DNA from: an uncultured Chloroflexia bacterium
GTDB taxonomy: Bacteria; Chloroflexota; Limnocylindria; Limnocylindrales; CSP1-4
Assembly (NCBI GenBank): GCA_963820735.1
Contig: CAWGBA010000014.1
Coordinates: 214,210-278,209 of the forward strand
DNA: 64,000 nucleotides
Direction of reading: 5' to 3'
Numbering within the stretch: the stretch's first letter is position 1; each line of letters starts with the position of its first letter. This document shows, in pieces, positions 29,003 through 38,137 of this stretch. The position numbers and the translations under genes are program-made. Under the pieces are notes generated by a model, which made no database searches, had not been told where the DNA came from, and saw only the letters and a list, made by a program, of their open reading frames with translations.

Positions 29003-29743
29003 GTGAACCGATCCCTGACGACCAGCGACCCCGCGCTCCCATGGTGGCCGGCTGAGCGAACCCCGCGCGACGAGCCGGGCGAACCGCTCACGCGCGCGCG
29101 AATCGTGCAGACGGCACTTGAGCTGATCGACGAGGAAGGGCTGGACGCGCTATCCATGCGCCGCCTCGGCCATCGGCTCAATGCCGGGGCGACGACGCTC
29201 TATTGGTACGTGTCCAGCAAGGACCAGCTGCTCGACCTGGTCGTCGACGAGATCTTCGGCGAGTTGACGCTCGACCAACTGGACGGGGCCGGCTGGCGCG
29301 CGCAGGTGGAGGCGGTGGCGCGCGATTTCCGGCGCACGATCCTTCGCCATCGCAACCTGGCCCTGGTGCTCAGCGAGCGCGTGACGATGGGACCAAAGGC
29401 ACTTGCCGCGCTCGAATGGCTGCTCACGCTGCTGGTCGACGAGGGCGGCTTCGACCGGAGGACATCGGTGATGATCTATAACGCGGTCGTCTCGTTCACC
29501 GCCGGCTGGGCGATCCTCGAGACGCGCGAGCCAACCGGCCCGATCGGGGTGGGTATGACCCAGGAGGAAGTCGGTTTGGCGGTTCTCGAGATGGTCGGCA
29601 AGCTTCCTCCGGAGCGGTTTCCCAACCTGATCGCCGCGTCGAAAGACCTCATGGCCGTGTCCGAGGACGACCGCTTCGAGTTCGCGCTGCAGCGTCTCCT
29701 CGACGGGATCGAGACTCACGGGTCAGCGCGGCCGTCGCCGTGA
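29003..29743 (+). CDS. TetR/AcrR family transcriptional regulator
   Basis: HTH region LTRARIVQTALELIDEEGLDALSMRRLGHRLNAGATTLYWYVSSKDQLL. Divergent from the MFS gene. The stop overlaps the GH3 start (GTGA). Confidence 0.85.
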   Translation: MNRSLTTSDPALPWWPAERTPRDEPGEPLTRARIVQTALELIDEEGLDALSMRRLGHRLNAGATTLYWYVSSKDQLLDLVVDEIFGELTLDQLDGAGWRAQVEAVARDFRRTILRHRNLALVLSERVTMGPKALAALEWLLTLLVDEGGFDRRTSVMIYNAVVSFTAGWAILETREPTGPIGVGMTQEEVGLAVLEMVGKLPPERFPNLIAASKDLMAVSEDDRFEFALQRLLDGIETHGSARPSP

Positions 29744-31608
29744 ACCGTGCGGTCGTCATGCTCGCGATCTGTGGGCTCATCGGCGCCGCCGCGGCGTCCC
29801 CGATGCCGTCCGGCCCTGCAGTGGCAGGGTCACCGTCCCCGACCATCCCCTCGACACTCGTGTACCTGGACCCGAACGCCAGCGTGGAGGCGCGCGTTCG
29901 CGACCTGCTCGACCGGATGACGCTCCCCGAGAAGATCGGCCAGATGACCTTGATCGAGCGGTCCAACCTGCCGGACCCTGCGGACGTCGCACGGTTCGGG
30001 CTCGGCGCCGTGCTGAGCGGTGGTGGCTCAGCGCCGGCTGAAAACACACCTGCGGGCTGGGCCGACATGCTCGACGCGTTCCAGGCCTCCGCACGCTCGA
30101 CCCGGCTGGGCATCCCGATCCTGTACGGCACGGATTCCGTCCATGGCGACGGCAACCTGCACGATGCGACGATCTTTCCGCACAACATTGGGCTTGGCGC
30201 CACGGACGACCCGGCCCTCGCGTCACAGGTCGCTCGCGCCACGGCCGAGGAGACCGCGGCGACCGGCGCCAACTGGACCTTCTCGCCGTGCGTCTGTGTC
30301 GCGCGTGACATCCGCTGGGGACGCACCTACGAGAGCTTTGGCGAGGATCCACAACTCGTCAGCAGCATGGCCGCGGCAGTGATCACCGGGTATCAGGGCG
30401 CGACGTTGGGTGCGGGCTCAGCCAGCATCCTCTCGACGGCCAAGCACTACCTGGGCGACGGGGGCACCACGGGTGGCACCAACGAGGGCGACACCGAGCT
30501 GACCGACGCTCAGTTGCGCGCCATTCACCTGCCGCCCTACCAGGCGGCGGTCCGGGACGGCGTGGGCGCTGTCATGGTCAGCTTCTCCAGCGTCAACGGC
30601 CTGCCCATGCACGCGGACGGTCATCTCGTCACGGACGTCCTGAAGACCGAACTGGGATTCGCTGGCCTGGTGGTGTCGGACTGGGCCGGCATCAACCGGA
30701 ACGACGGCAATCCAGGGGATCTTTCCTCGCTGGATGTCCGGCTGGCGATCAACGCCGGGATCGACATGGTCATGGTTCCCGACGATGCCTCCCTGTTCGA
30801 GCAGACGCTCGCGGGCCAGGTTCAGGCAGGCACGATCTCGATGGCACGGATCGACGACGCGGTCGCGCGGATCCTGGCCGTGAAGTTCAGGCTCGGGTTG
30901 TTCGAGCACCCGTTCGCGGATCGTTCGCTGGCGTCGACCGTCGGCTCGGACGCTCACCGAGCACTGGCTCGCACGGCAGCCGCCGAATCAGTCGTCGTGC
31001 TGAAGAACGACCGCGGCATCCTTCCGCTCCGCTCCGGCATGCACGTGCTGGTGGCCGGTCGCAACGCGGATGACATCGGCGCACAGATGGGTGGCTGGAC
31101 GGGGACGTGGCAGGGCCAGGCAGGCCAATCGTGGACCGGAACGACCATCCTCGACGGCATCCGGGAGCAGGTCGGCCCTGCCGGAACGGTGGACGTTCGC
31201 GCCGATGGCTCGAATGCGGCCGGACACGACGTCGCCATCGCCGTGCTGGGAGAGCAACCCTACGCCGAGACCCAGGGCGATCGGCCGGATGGGCTCGAGC
31301 TGGACCCGGGCGACCTGCAGGTGCTGCATCGGCTGGAGGCGGCGGGCGTCCCGATCGTGCTCGTGCTGGTGTCCGGACGGCCGATGGTCATCACCGACGA
31401 GCTGCCCCGCCTTGGGGCGGTGGCGGCGGCATGGCTGCCCGGATCCGAGGGTGCCGGTGTTGCCGACGTGCTGTTCGGCAAGGTTCCCTCCACCGGCCGC
31501 CTGCCCTTCTCCTGGCCACGCTCCGACGATCAGTTGCCCCTCAACGTCGGTTCCCCTGGCTACGACCCGCTGTTCCCGGTTGGTTACGGTCTGAGCGTCG
31601 GGCCGTAG
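29740..31608 (+). CDS. Glycoside hydrolase family 3 (beta-glucosidase/BglX-like), secreted
   Basis: 622 aa with a signal peptide. GQMTLIERS, GTDSVHGDGNLHDATIFPHNIGLGAT, VSDWAGI. Confidence 0.85.
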   Translation: MNRAVVMLAICGLIGAAAASPMPSGPAVAGSPSPTIPSTLVYLDPNASVEARVRDLLDRMTLPEKIGQMTLIERSNLPDPADVARFGLGAVLSGGGSAPAENTPAGWADMLDAFQASARSTRLGIPILYGTDSVHGDGNLHDATIFPHNIGLGATDDPALASQVARATAEETAATGANWTFSPCVCVARDIRWGRTYESFGEDPQLVSSMAAAVITGYQGATLGAGSASILSTAKHYLGDGGTTGGTNEGDTELTDAQLRAIHLPPYQAAVRDGVGAVMVSFSSVNGLPMHADGHLVTDVLKTELGFAGLVVSDWAGINRNDGNPGDLSSLDVRLAINAGIDMVMVPDDASLFEQTLAGQVQAGTISMARIDDAVARILAVKFRLGLFEHPFADRSLASTVGSDAHRALARTAAAESVVVLKNDRGILPLRSGMHVLVAGRNADDIGAQMGGWTGTWQGQAGQSWTGTTILDGIREQVGPAGTVDVRADGSNAAGHDVAIAVLGEQPYAETQGDRPDGLELDPGDLQVLHRLEAAGVPIVLVLVSGRPMVITDELPRLGAVAAAWLPGSEGAGVADVLFGKVPSTGRLPFSWPRSDDQLPLNVGSPGYDPLFPVGYGLSVGP

Positions 31609-31646
31609 CGCACAAGATCGGGCCCGATCGAGTCACTCAAATGAAC

Positions 31647-31678
31647 AGAGGGCCGATCCTTCGTGGGACCGGCCCTCT
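31647..31678. terminator. Hairpin between convergent GH3 and DUF5666 genes
   Basis: AGAGGGCCG-N14-CGGCCCTCT. The minus-strand side is followed by GTTCATTTGAG. Confidence 0.45.
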
Positions 31679-31703
31679 CTTGATGGACGCGAACGGTGCG
31701 TGG

Positions 31704-32693
31704 TCAGCCGTTGGCTGCCGGTGCGCTGGGTGTGGGCGATGCGTTCGGTTGCATGCCGCCGCCGTTGCCCCACGGGCCGCGCGGGAAGCCGCCGCCGTTG
31801 AACGCCACGATGCTGGTCGCGTCGAGCGAACCGTCGCTTTGCAGCGCGCCGGTGGCCTCGATGACGTTGCCGACCTTGATGTCGGCGAGTGTCCCGTTGG
31901 TGACGCCGATGACGCGGTACGTCGTGGTGTCGCTGACGTGCACCACGGTCGTGCTGCCGTCCACGTGCGACAGCGTGATCGAGTCGGTTGCGACCGACTG
32001 GACCGTGCCGACGACACGCGGCTGCACCACGTTGATCGCGGTGACCGTCCAGGTGCCGTCGCTGTTCTGCTGCTCGCGCAGCAGGATCGTGTCGCCGACC
32101 TTGAGGTCCGCCAGTGTGCCGGCCGTGCCGTCATTGGTGATCGTGGCCTTGGACGCATCGACGGTGCGTGTCCAGCCGTCGTTGGTGGCGAGCGACAGAT
32201 TGTTGCCGTCGATGGCCGTGATCTGGATCGTGTGCGCCGCGTCTGCGTCGCCCAGCAAACCGCCGATGAAGCCGCCGCTCGGGCCGCGCCCACCCTGCCC
32301 GCCGGGGAATTCCGGGCCGCCTGGAAATCCGGGGAATCCGCCGGGTCCGCGCATGCCACCGGGCGCACCCGGCCCGCGCATGCCACCGGGCCCACCGGGC
32401 CCGCCCTGACCGCCACCGTGGCGCCGGCCGTAGCCGAACCCGTAGCCCGGGCCGCCCATGCCACCTTGGCCGGGGCCTTTCGGCACGGGCATGGTGCCGG
32501 GTGCCGTCGATGCCCCGGGAGCGGCTGGAGAGGACGATGCGTTCGGATCGGCGGACGAGCTTTGACCGACCTGGGAAGGCCCGGCCGCGAACGCGACCGC
32601 ACCCCCGGCTACGAGCAGCAGAGCGAAGACGACCAGCGCGGCGAGCCCCCTGATGGGCGGCCCTTTCACCGGTCGCGGTTGAACCTCGAACAT
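31704..32693 (-). CDS. DUF5666-domain secreted protein with a Gly/Pro-rich region
   Basis: Start MFEVQPRPVKGPPIRGLAALVVFALLLVAGG (ATG 32693). A low-complexity GGPGGPGGMRGPGAPGGMRGPGGFPG region includes a 27-bp DNA duplication. It is followed by repeated ...TITAIDGNNLSLATNDGWTRTVDAS.../...VGDTILL... OB-like units. Confidence 0.65.
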   Translation of the reverse strand: MFEVQPRPVKGPPIRGLAALVVFALLLVAGGAVAFAAGPSQVGQSSSADPNASSSPAAPGASTAPGTMPVPKGPGQGGMGGPGYGFGYGRRHGGGQGGPGGPGGMRGPGAPGGMRGPGGFPGFPGGPEFPGGQGGRGPSGGFIGGLLGDADAAHTIQITAIDGNNLSLATNDGWTRTVDASKATITNDGTAGTLADLKVGDTILLREQQNSDGTWTVTAINVVQPRVVGTVQSVATDSITLSHVDGSTTVVHVSDTTTYRVIGVTNGTLADIKVGNVIEATGALQSDGSLDATSIVAFNGGGFPRGPWGNGGGMQPNASPTPSAPAANG

Positions 32694-32805
32694 CCAATGA
32701 CCTCCGAAATGTGAGGGGCGGGCGAATCGGCTCGCTCGGGGACAGTCAACCGCCCGCATCTGAGGAACGTCTGAAAGCGTGCGCGCGTTACGCGGAACGC
32801 GTGAT

Positions 32806-33573
32806 TCACACCAAGAGGAGCCGGATCGCCACGATCGTTCCAACGACGATGATCACGAACCGCAGCACCATCGGGGAAAGGCGCCGTCCGATGTACGCGC
32901 CGATCTGGCCGCCGACGAGCGAGCCGAGCGCCAGGAGGATCGCCGCGTCCCATTGGATCGGCGCGAAAAAGAGAAAGAGAAGGGCTGCGACGCCGTTGTC
33001 CACGGCGGCTGCGACATTCTTGACGGCGTTCAGGCGTTGGAGGTCGTCCTCGAGGAAGACGCCCAGCAGCGCGATCATGATCACGCCCTGCGCTGCCCCG
33101 AAGTAGCCGCCGTAGATGCCTGTCAGGTACATGCCGATCGTGAGCGGCAACGGGTGCTCTGGGTGGATCGTGCCCTCCGGCCTGCGGGCCCGACGCATCG
33201 CCATGTAGCGGGAGAGCCGCGGCTGCACCGCGACGAGCACGACCGCGAACAGCACCAGCCACGGGACGACTTGCAGGAACGCTCCGCGGAAGGTAAGCAG
33301 CAGCAGTCCGCCGGTCAGCCCGCCCAGGCCCGCTGCGATGCTCAGGCGAATCACCCGGTCGCGCTGGCCGCGGAGCTCCCGTCGATAGCCCACCGCGCCG
33401 CTGACCGAGCCCGCGATCAAGCCGACGGTGTTGGTCACGTTTGCGGTCACGGGCGGCAGGCCAATGGCCAGCAGCGTCGGGAACGTGATCAGCGAGCCGG
33501 ACCCGACGATCGTGTTGATCGCCCCGGCCGCCGCGCCGGCCAAGAGCACGGCAAGCATCTCGACCGGCGTCAC
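32806..33573 (-). CDS. TauE/SafE family sulfite/anion exporter
   Basis: 255 aa. LLAGAAAGAINTIVGSGSLITFPTLLAIGLPPVTANVTN... Confidence 0.8.
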   Translation of the reverse strand: MTPVEMLAVLLAGAAAGAINTIVGSGSLITFPTLLAIGLPPVTANVTNTVGLIAGSVSGAVGYRRELRGQRDRVIRLSIAAGLGGLTGGLLLLTFRGAFLQVVPWLVLFAVVLVAVQPRLSRYMAMRRARRPEGTIHPEHPLPLTIGMYLTGIYGGYFGAAQGVIMIALLGVFLEDDLQRLNAVKNVAAAVDNGVAALLFLFFAPIQWDAAILLALGSLVGGQIGAYIGRRLSPMVLRFVIIVVGTIVAIRLLLV

Positions 33574-33850
33574 GCATCCGAGGATACGGACTCACCGGGT
33601 CACTCCGCAGCCCGGCATCGTTCGCGCCGCTCGGCACCGCGTTTCCACCGCTCGGGTTCCGCCCCCGCCCGCCTTCAACCGCGGTGCAACGTTACGTACT
33701 CGATAGACAACCGGCCGATCCGGCTGGCATGTCCGTCGGCTCTGTCGGGCCAGGATCAGACGATCCGAGCGGCCCGGGTGGTCCGGACGGGGCTTGTAGC
33801 CGCAATTGCCGCGACAGTGTTACGGAAGACTCGCATGGAGGACCAGCCCA

Positions 33851-34135
33851 ATGATCGTGAATATCATCGCCTGGATCGTGCTCGGCGCGATCGCCGGTTA
33901 TATCGCCGGATTTCTCGTCAAGGGTGACGAGGGTCTCGGTGTGATCGGCCACATCGTGCTCGGAATCGTCGGCGCCATCGTCGGCGGATTCATCGTCAAC
34001 TTGATCGGCATCGGCAACGGCGGATCAAAGAACGGCGACGTCAATATCGCCTCGATCATCGTGTCGGTGTTCGGCGCGGTGATCGTCGTGTGGGTCGTGA
34101 ATTTCTTCGCGCGGGGCTCGCGCAGAACCGTCTGA
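33851..34135 (+). CDS. GlsB/YeaQ/YmgE family (transglycosylase-associated) small membrane protein
   Basis: MIVNIIAWIVLGAIAGYIAGFLVKGDEGLGVIGHIVLGIVGAIVGGF... Confidence 0.8.
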   Translation: MIVNIIAWIVLGAIAGYIAGFLVKGDEGLGVIGHIVLGIVGAIVGGFIVNLIGIGNGGSKNGDVNIASIIVSVFGAVIVVWVVNFFARGSRRTV

Positions 34136-34233
34136 CGGCGACGGCCAACATCCGATTCCTTCGACGGCGAAGTCAAGCGTCTCGCCGTCGACCCACCAAG
34201 AGAGGAGCCTCTCCCGTGTCGGAGAGGCTCTTC

Positions 34234-34530
34234 TCAAGTCCGCGGCGCAACCAGGTCCGCGTATTCCGGGTGCCCCTCGATGTAGCTGCGAATGAACGGG
34301 CACTTGGGCCGGACGCGCAGGCCGCGCCGCCGTGCCTCATCCAGCACATGCCGTGCCAACCGAGTGCCGAGGCCACGGCCGTTCCACTGCTCCCCGATGA
34401 CCGTGTGCGTGAAGACGATCGTGGTGGGGGAGAGCACGTACTCGGCAACACCGGCGATCTCGTCGCCGACCCGCAGCTCGAAGCGACGCTCGTCAGGGTT
34501 GTCGCGGATCGTGATCTGGTCATCGGCCAT
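34234..34530 (-). CDS. Small GNAT-like N-acetyltransferase (YjdJ-type)
   Basis: 98 aa. ...FTHTVIGEQWNGRGLGTRLARHVLDEARRRGLRVRPKCPF... Confidence 0.75.
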   Translation of the reverse strand: MADDQITIRDNPDERRFELRVGDEIAGVAEYVLSPTTIVFTHTVIGEQWNGRGLGTRLARHVLDEARRRGLRVRPKCPFIRSYIEGHPEYADLVAPRT

Positions 34531-34569
34531 GGGAGATTCTCACCGTGATCCGCGATTTCGCGCGCTCGA

Positions 34570-35817
34570 CTACGCGGCCGTCTCCGCTGACGCTCCCGAC
34601 AGGATCTCCACGAACGAATCGATCGCGGCCTGCAGCCCGACGTCCTTCCCGGCCTCCTCGGACAGCAGCCACTTGTGCTCGAGCAGATCGCAGTAGCGCT
34701 GGATCGGGTCGAGCGCTGGCGTCACCGCGCCGAGGCGGGCAATCGTCGGCTCGAAGACCTCTTCGCGCCAGCGCTCGGCGTATCGCTGTGAGCGGACCGG
34801 ATCCACCGGTCGCGGCGTGCCGCCACCCTCATACCAGGCCAGCCACGCGCCGTACTCGCGCAGGTCGTTGAGCAGCAATCGCGCCTGGTTCTCCATCGCG
34901 ACGACGCCGGTCAGCTGCTCGAGCTCTCGAGCATGGAAGCGGCGCCCCGTCACGACCACCGACAGTCGCACGCCGCCACGCGGGTCGCTCGGCTCGAGGC
35001 TGATCTCGTCGACCGAGAACCCCAGCTCGTTCAGCTTTCGGACGCGGCTGCGGACGGCGTGGCGATCCTCCATGCGCACCTCGGGTCGTGCGTGGAGCTC
35101 ATGCCAGAGTTCCCGGTAGGCGCGGTCGAGGCTGGAGACGGCCGCGATGGCATCGTCCTCGCCGCCCTCGCGACCGGTGATCGCGGCAAGGTCCGCGAGG
35201 CCGAAGCCGACGTTCTCGAGCAGGATGTCGAGATCGTGAAGGCGCTGCCCATCCGACAGCGAGGGGAGGAGCGAGCTCGTCTCGGCGTCGACGAGATAGG
35301 CCTGCAGCCGGTCGCCGTCCCGCCGGAAGAGCGTGTTGTTGAGCGAGCCGTCGCCCCAGAACACGCCGGCGCGGTGGAGGTCGACCAGGAGCGAGGCCAT
35401 CGCGTCCAGCAGCCGGTCACGCGCCCATGACGCCGCAGCAGGCGCCTTGGCGAGCAGGCGGCGGATCTGGTTCGAGTTCGCCAGGAAGCGAGTTGCGACG
35501 ATTCCGGTCTGCGCTTCGGCAGACTCGGACAGCCCCACGGCCTGGACCGCAGGGAGTGCCGCATCCTCCAGCCGGCGCAGGACCAGGAACTCGCGCCGCG
35601 CGATCTCGAGCGGTTCTTCCTTCACGGCATAGGTCACGCCGTCGAACGCCAGGAAACGAACGAGGTGCCGCGACTCGCCCACCGGGATCTCGACGAAGGG
35701 CAGCTCGCGCGGCCATGCGGCAAGCGGCAACTCCCACGGCAGGTCGAGCAGCCGGTCGGCTTCCTCGCGCAGGCGAAGCGAAGGTGCGGGACGGACGGGC
35801 AATTGGCGAGCAGTCAT
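34570..35817 (-). CDS. DUF4032 (Kdo/WaaP/RIO-like kinase fold) protein
   Basis: 415 aa. LHRAGVFWGDGSLNNTLFRRDGDRLQAYLVDAETS is a kinase-like catalytic loop plus DxE. Confidence 0.7.
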   Translation of the reverse strand: MTARQLPVRPAPSLRLREEADRLLDLPWELPLAAWPRELPFVEIPVGESRHLVRFLAFDGVTYAVKEEPLEIARREFLVLRRLEDAALPAVQAVGLSESAEAQTGIVATRFLANSNQIRRLLAKAPAAASWARDRLLDAMASLLVDLHRAGVFWGDGSLNNTLFRRDGDRLQAYLVDAETSSLLPSLSDGQRLHDLDILLENVGFGLADLAAITGREGGEDDAIAAVSSLDRAYRELWHELHARPEVRMEDRHAVRSRVRKLNELGFSVDEISLEPSDPRGGVRLSVVVTGRRFHARELEQLTGVVAMENQARLLLNDLREYGAWLAWYEGGGTPRPVDPVRSQRYAERWREEVFEPTIARLGAVTPALDPIQRYCDLLEHKWLLSEEAGKDVGLQAAIDSFVEILSGASAETAA

Positions 35818-36204
35818 GACGATCGGACCGAGACTAACCGGTCTCCGTCAACGCGTCGTCAAATCGGCCGATCCGCAGCCGCGAGCGGACCAGACCGATG
35901 ACTCACCGTGGTCAGTCGCCGGTCGAGGGTCGGTTCAGCCGCTGATCCATGACTTCCGGTAATTGGACGCCCGGCGAGTGCCCGTTTTGCACTGGCGAGA
36001 CCGCCAACCGCACGCCTGACGCGACGCACAACCGGCGGATGATCACGCTGAGGAATACTTGGCCGAGGGCCCGCGCTGCCGGCCCCCCGAGGGCTGCGCC
36101 CGAGCCGACCCCGACCCCATCCGTGGGCCCCCGACCCCCGAGCCCACGCGGGCGCAATTCGACGCGGCAAGAGACGAGTCCGAACCCGCTCGAGCTGCTG
36201 GCGA

Positions 36205-36571
36205 TCAGTCGCGCTTCTGCTCGTAGCTCCCCAGGACGACTGGTGGCGAGAAGATGCACAGCAGCTCAAGCGGTTCGTCGTCACGCGGTCTCGGTGGCGT
36301 GGAACGTGCCGGGGTGAATGAGCACGAACACGCCCGGCTCGAGCTCGGCCACATCGTCCGGCGTGACGATGCGGCCGCGGCCGGACAGTACGTAGACGGC
36401 TTCCTCCTCGGTGGCGTGCGTGTGGCCGTCCGGCTTGGAACCGGGCGGAAACGACGCGGTGTGGATCGAGATCCGGCCGCTGATGCCCTGGTCGGCACGG
36501 AGATAGGCCTGCAGCGATCTGCCTGGCAGCGTGATCGTGGTCGACTCGGCGCGGGTGACCCGGGTGAGCAT
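36205..36571 (-). CDS. Cupin domain protein; apparent frameshift near 36285
   Basis: ...PGSKPDGHTHATEEEAVYVLSGRGRIV...GVFVLIHPGTFHATET in ORF 36281..36739. The family-typical end DDEPLELLCIFSPPVVLGSYEQKRD* is in the frame of ORF 36205..36654. Confidence 0.65.
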
Positions 36572-36695
36572 CGCGTTCGCCTCGCTTGCTGGATCGATCT
36601 CGATGGGCGCGCCAGCATCGCAAGACAAACGACGTACTGCAATCGTGGCCGCATGGCCGACGCGGATCGGCCACGCGCGGCGGACGATCACGCGC

Positions 36696-38123
36696 ATGAA
36701 GGTCGATCTTCGGACGCACATGTACGGCGCCCCGGCCACGGCACGGAGCCTGGTGACCCAGCGTTTCCGCGATACGGACCTCGAGCGCGCCTTCCAGGAG
36801 GAGGCGAGCCGTCAGTTCCGCGGGCAGGCGACCAACACGATCCTGCTCGGTGCCGCCACCTGGGCCGCGACCGGCGCCCTCCTGTGGCTGCTCTTCCCGC
36901 TCAACCCGGCGCGCATCGCCGCGTCGATCGGGATCGTGGAACTGCTCATCTTCATGATCTACGGCTCACTTGAGCGTGCCCGCACCTGGGACCAGGTCCA
37001 GACCGCCAGCGCGCTCCTCAACCTGATAGGCGGCGTGGCCATGATCGTCATCGGGTTGGAGGTCGGGATGCCCTACCTCATCGCGCCGGCCCTGCTCGTG
37101 AACCTCATCTTCGCGTTCGGCATCAGCCGCTTCGGGCCGATCGGTGCCGTGGTGACGCTGCCGTACGGGCTGCTGTTCGCCGGCCTCGTGTTCGGCGGCA
37201 AGCTGCCCGGCGTCGGTGTGTTCGAGGTCTTCGTCGTCGGCGTCGGCTTCTTCGTCGCGTCGCTCGGCGGGTACTTGCTGGAGGCGACGACGCGCGGGAT
37301 CTTCTTCCAGCGCCGCATCATCGAGGAACAAGCCGCGGCGCTGGCCGCAGAGAAGGAGCGATCCGAGCGTTTGCTGGCGAACATGCTCCCGGCCGACATC
37401 GCGGCGCGCCTCATGGACGGCCGGCACGTGGCCGACCGAGTCTCAGCGGCGTCCGTCCTGTTCGCCGACCTGGCCGGATTCACGGCGTTGTCAAGCCGGA
37501 TGGCGCCCGACGCGGTCGTGAGGCTGCTCGACGCGCTCTTCGGCACGTTCGATGAGCTGTCGGAACGCCACGGCCTCGACAAGATCAAGACGATCGGTGA
37601 CGCCTACATGGCGGTCTCGGGTGCGATCGAGCCGGTCAAGGACCACGCGCAGCGAGCGGTCGCGCTCGGGCTGGACATGCTCGACGCGGTCGCCGAGTTG
37701 GCGCAGCGCGCGGGCATGGATCTACGGCTTCGCGTGGGCATCAGTTCCGGCCCGCTGGTTGCCGGGGTCATCGGTCGCAGCCGATACAGCTACGACCTCT
37801 GGGGCGACACGGTCAACGTGGCATCACGAATGGAATCGCAGGGCATTCCAGGGCACGTCCAGGTGAGTGCCAGCACGGCCGCCGAGCTGGGCGCGAACTA
37901 CGAGCTGGCACCGGTCGGGCCGGTGGAGATCAAGGGCAAGGGTCTGATGGAGACCTACCTCGTCCTGTCTCGCGACGAGAGCGCGAGGACGCGTGACGCG
38001 GGCGATGCAGCGGGACGCCAAGGCTCGCCGGCTTCCACGCCGCGCGCCGGTCTCGGTGCGAACGGCCGTCGGAACGGACGCCGGCCGGCCACCACCCAGC
38101 CAACGCCGATTCCGACGGCCTGA
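36696..38123 (+). CDS. Membrane-anchored class III adenylate/guanylate cyclase
   Basis: About 6 TM helices, then VSAASVLFADLAGFTALSSRM...KTIGDAYMAVSGA...GISSGPLVAGVIG...YDLWGDTVNVASRMES. Confidence 0.85.
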   Translation: MKVDLRTHMYGAPATARSLVTQRFRDTDLERAFQEEASRQFRGQATNTILLGAATWAATGALLWLLFPLNPARIAASIGIVELLIFMIYGSLERARTWDQVQTASALLNLIGGVAMIVIGLEVGMPYLIAPALLVNLIFAFGISRFGPIGAVVTLPYGLLFAGLVFGGKLPGVGVFEVFVVGVGFFVASLGGYLLEATTRGIFFQRRIIEEQAAALAAEKERSERLLANMLPADIAARLMDGRHVADRVSAASVLFADLAGFTALSSRMAPDAVVRLLDALFGTFDELSERHGLDKIKTIGDAYMAVSGAIEPVKDHAQRAVALGLDMLDAVAELAQRAGMDLRLRVGISSGPLVAGVIGRSRYSYDLWGDTVNVASRMESQGIPGHVQVSASTAAELGANYELAPVGPVEIKGKGLMETYLVLSRDESARTRDAGDAAGRQGSPASTPRAGLGANGRRNGRRPATTQPTPIPTA

Positions 38124-38137
38124 TCGCGGACGGCGAC

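Noticed and set aside
35820-36205. Possible small gene in the 385-bp gap (ORFs 35912..36259(-) and 35949..36317(+), including a CPFC motif in MTSGNWTPGECPFCTGETANR).
   Set aside because: There is no RBS and no family signature. Codon bias is weak after the first ~30 codons. The downstream part overlaps the frame-corrected cupin C-terminus.
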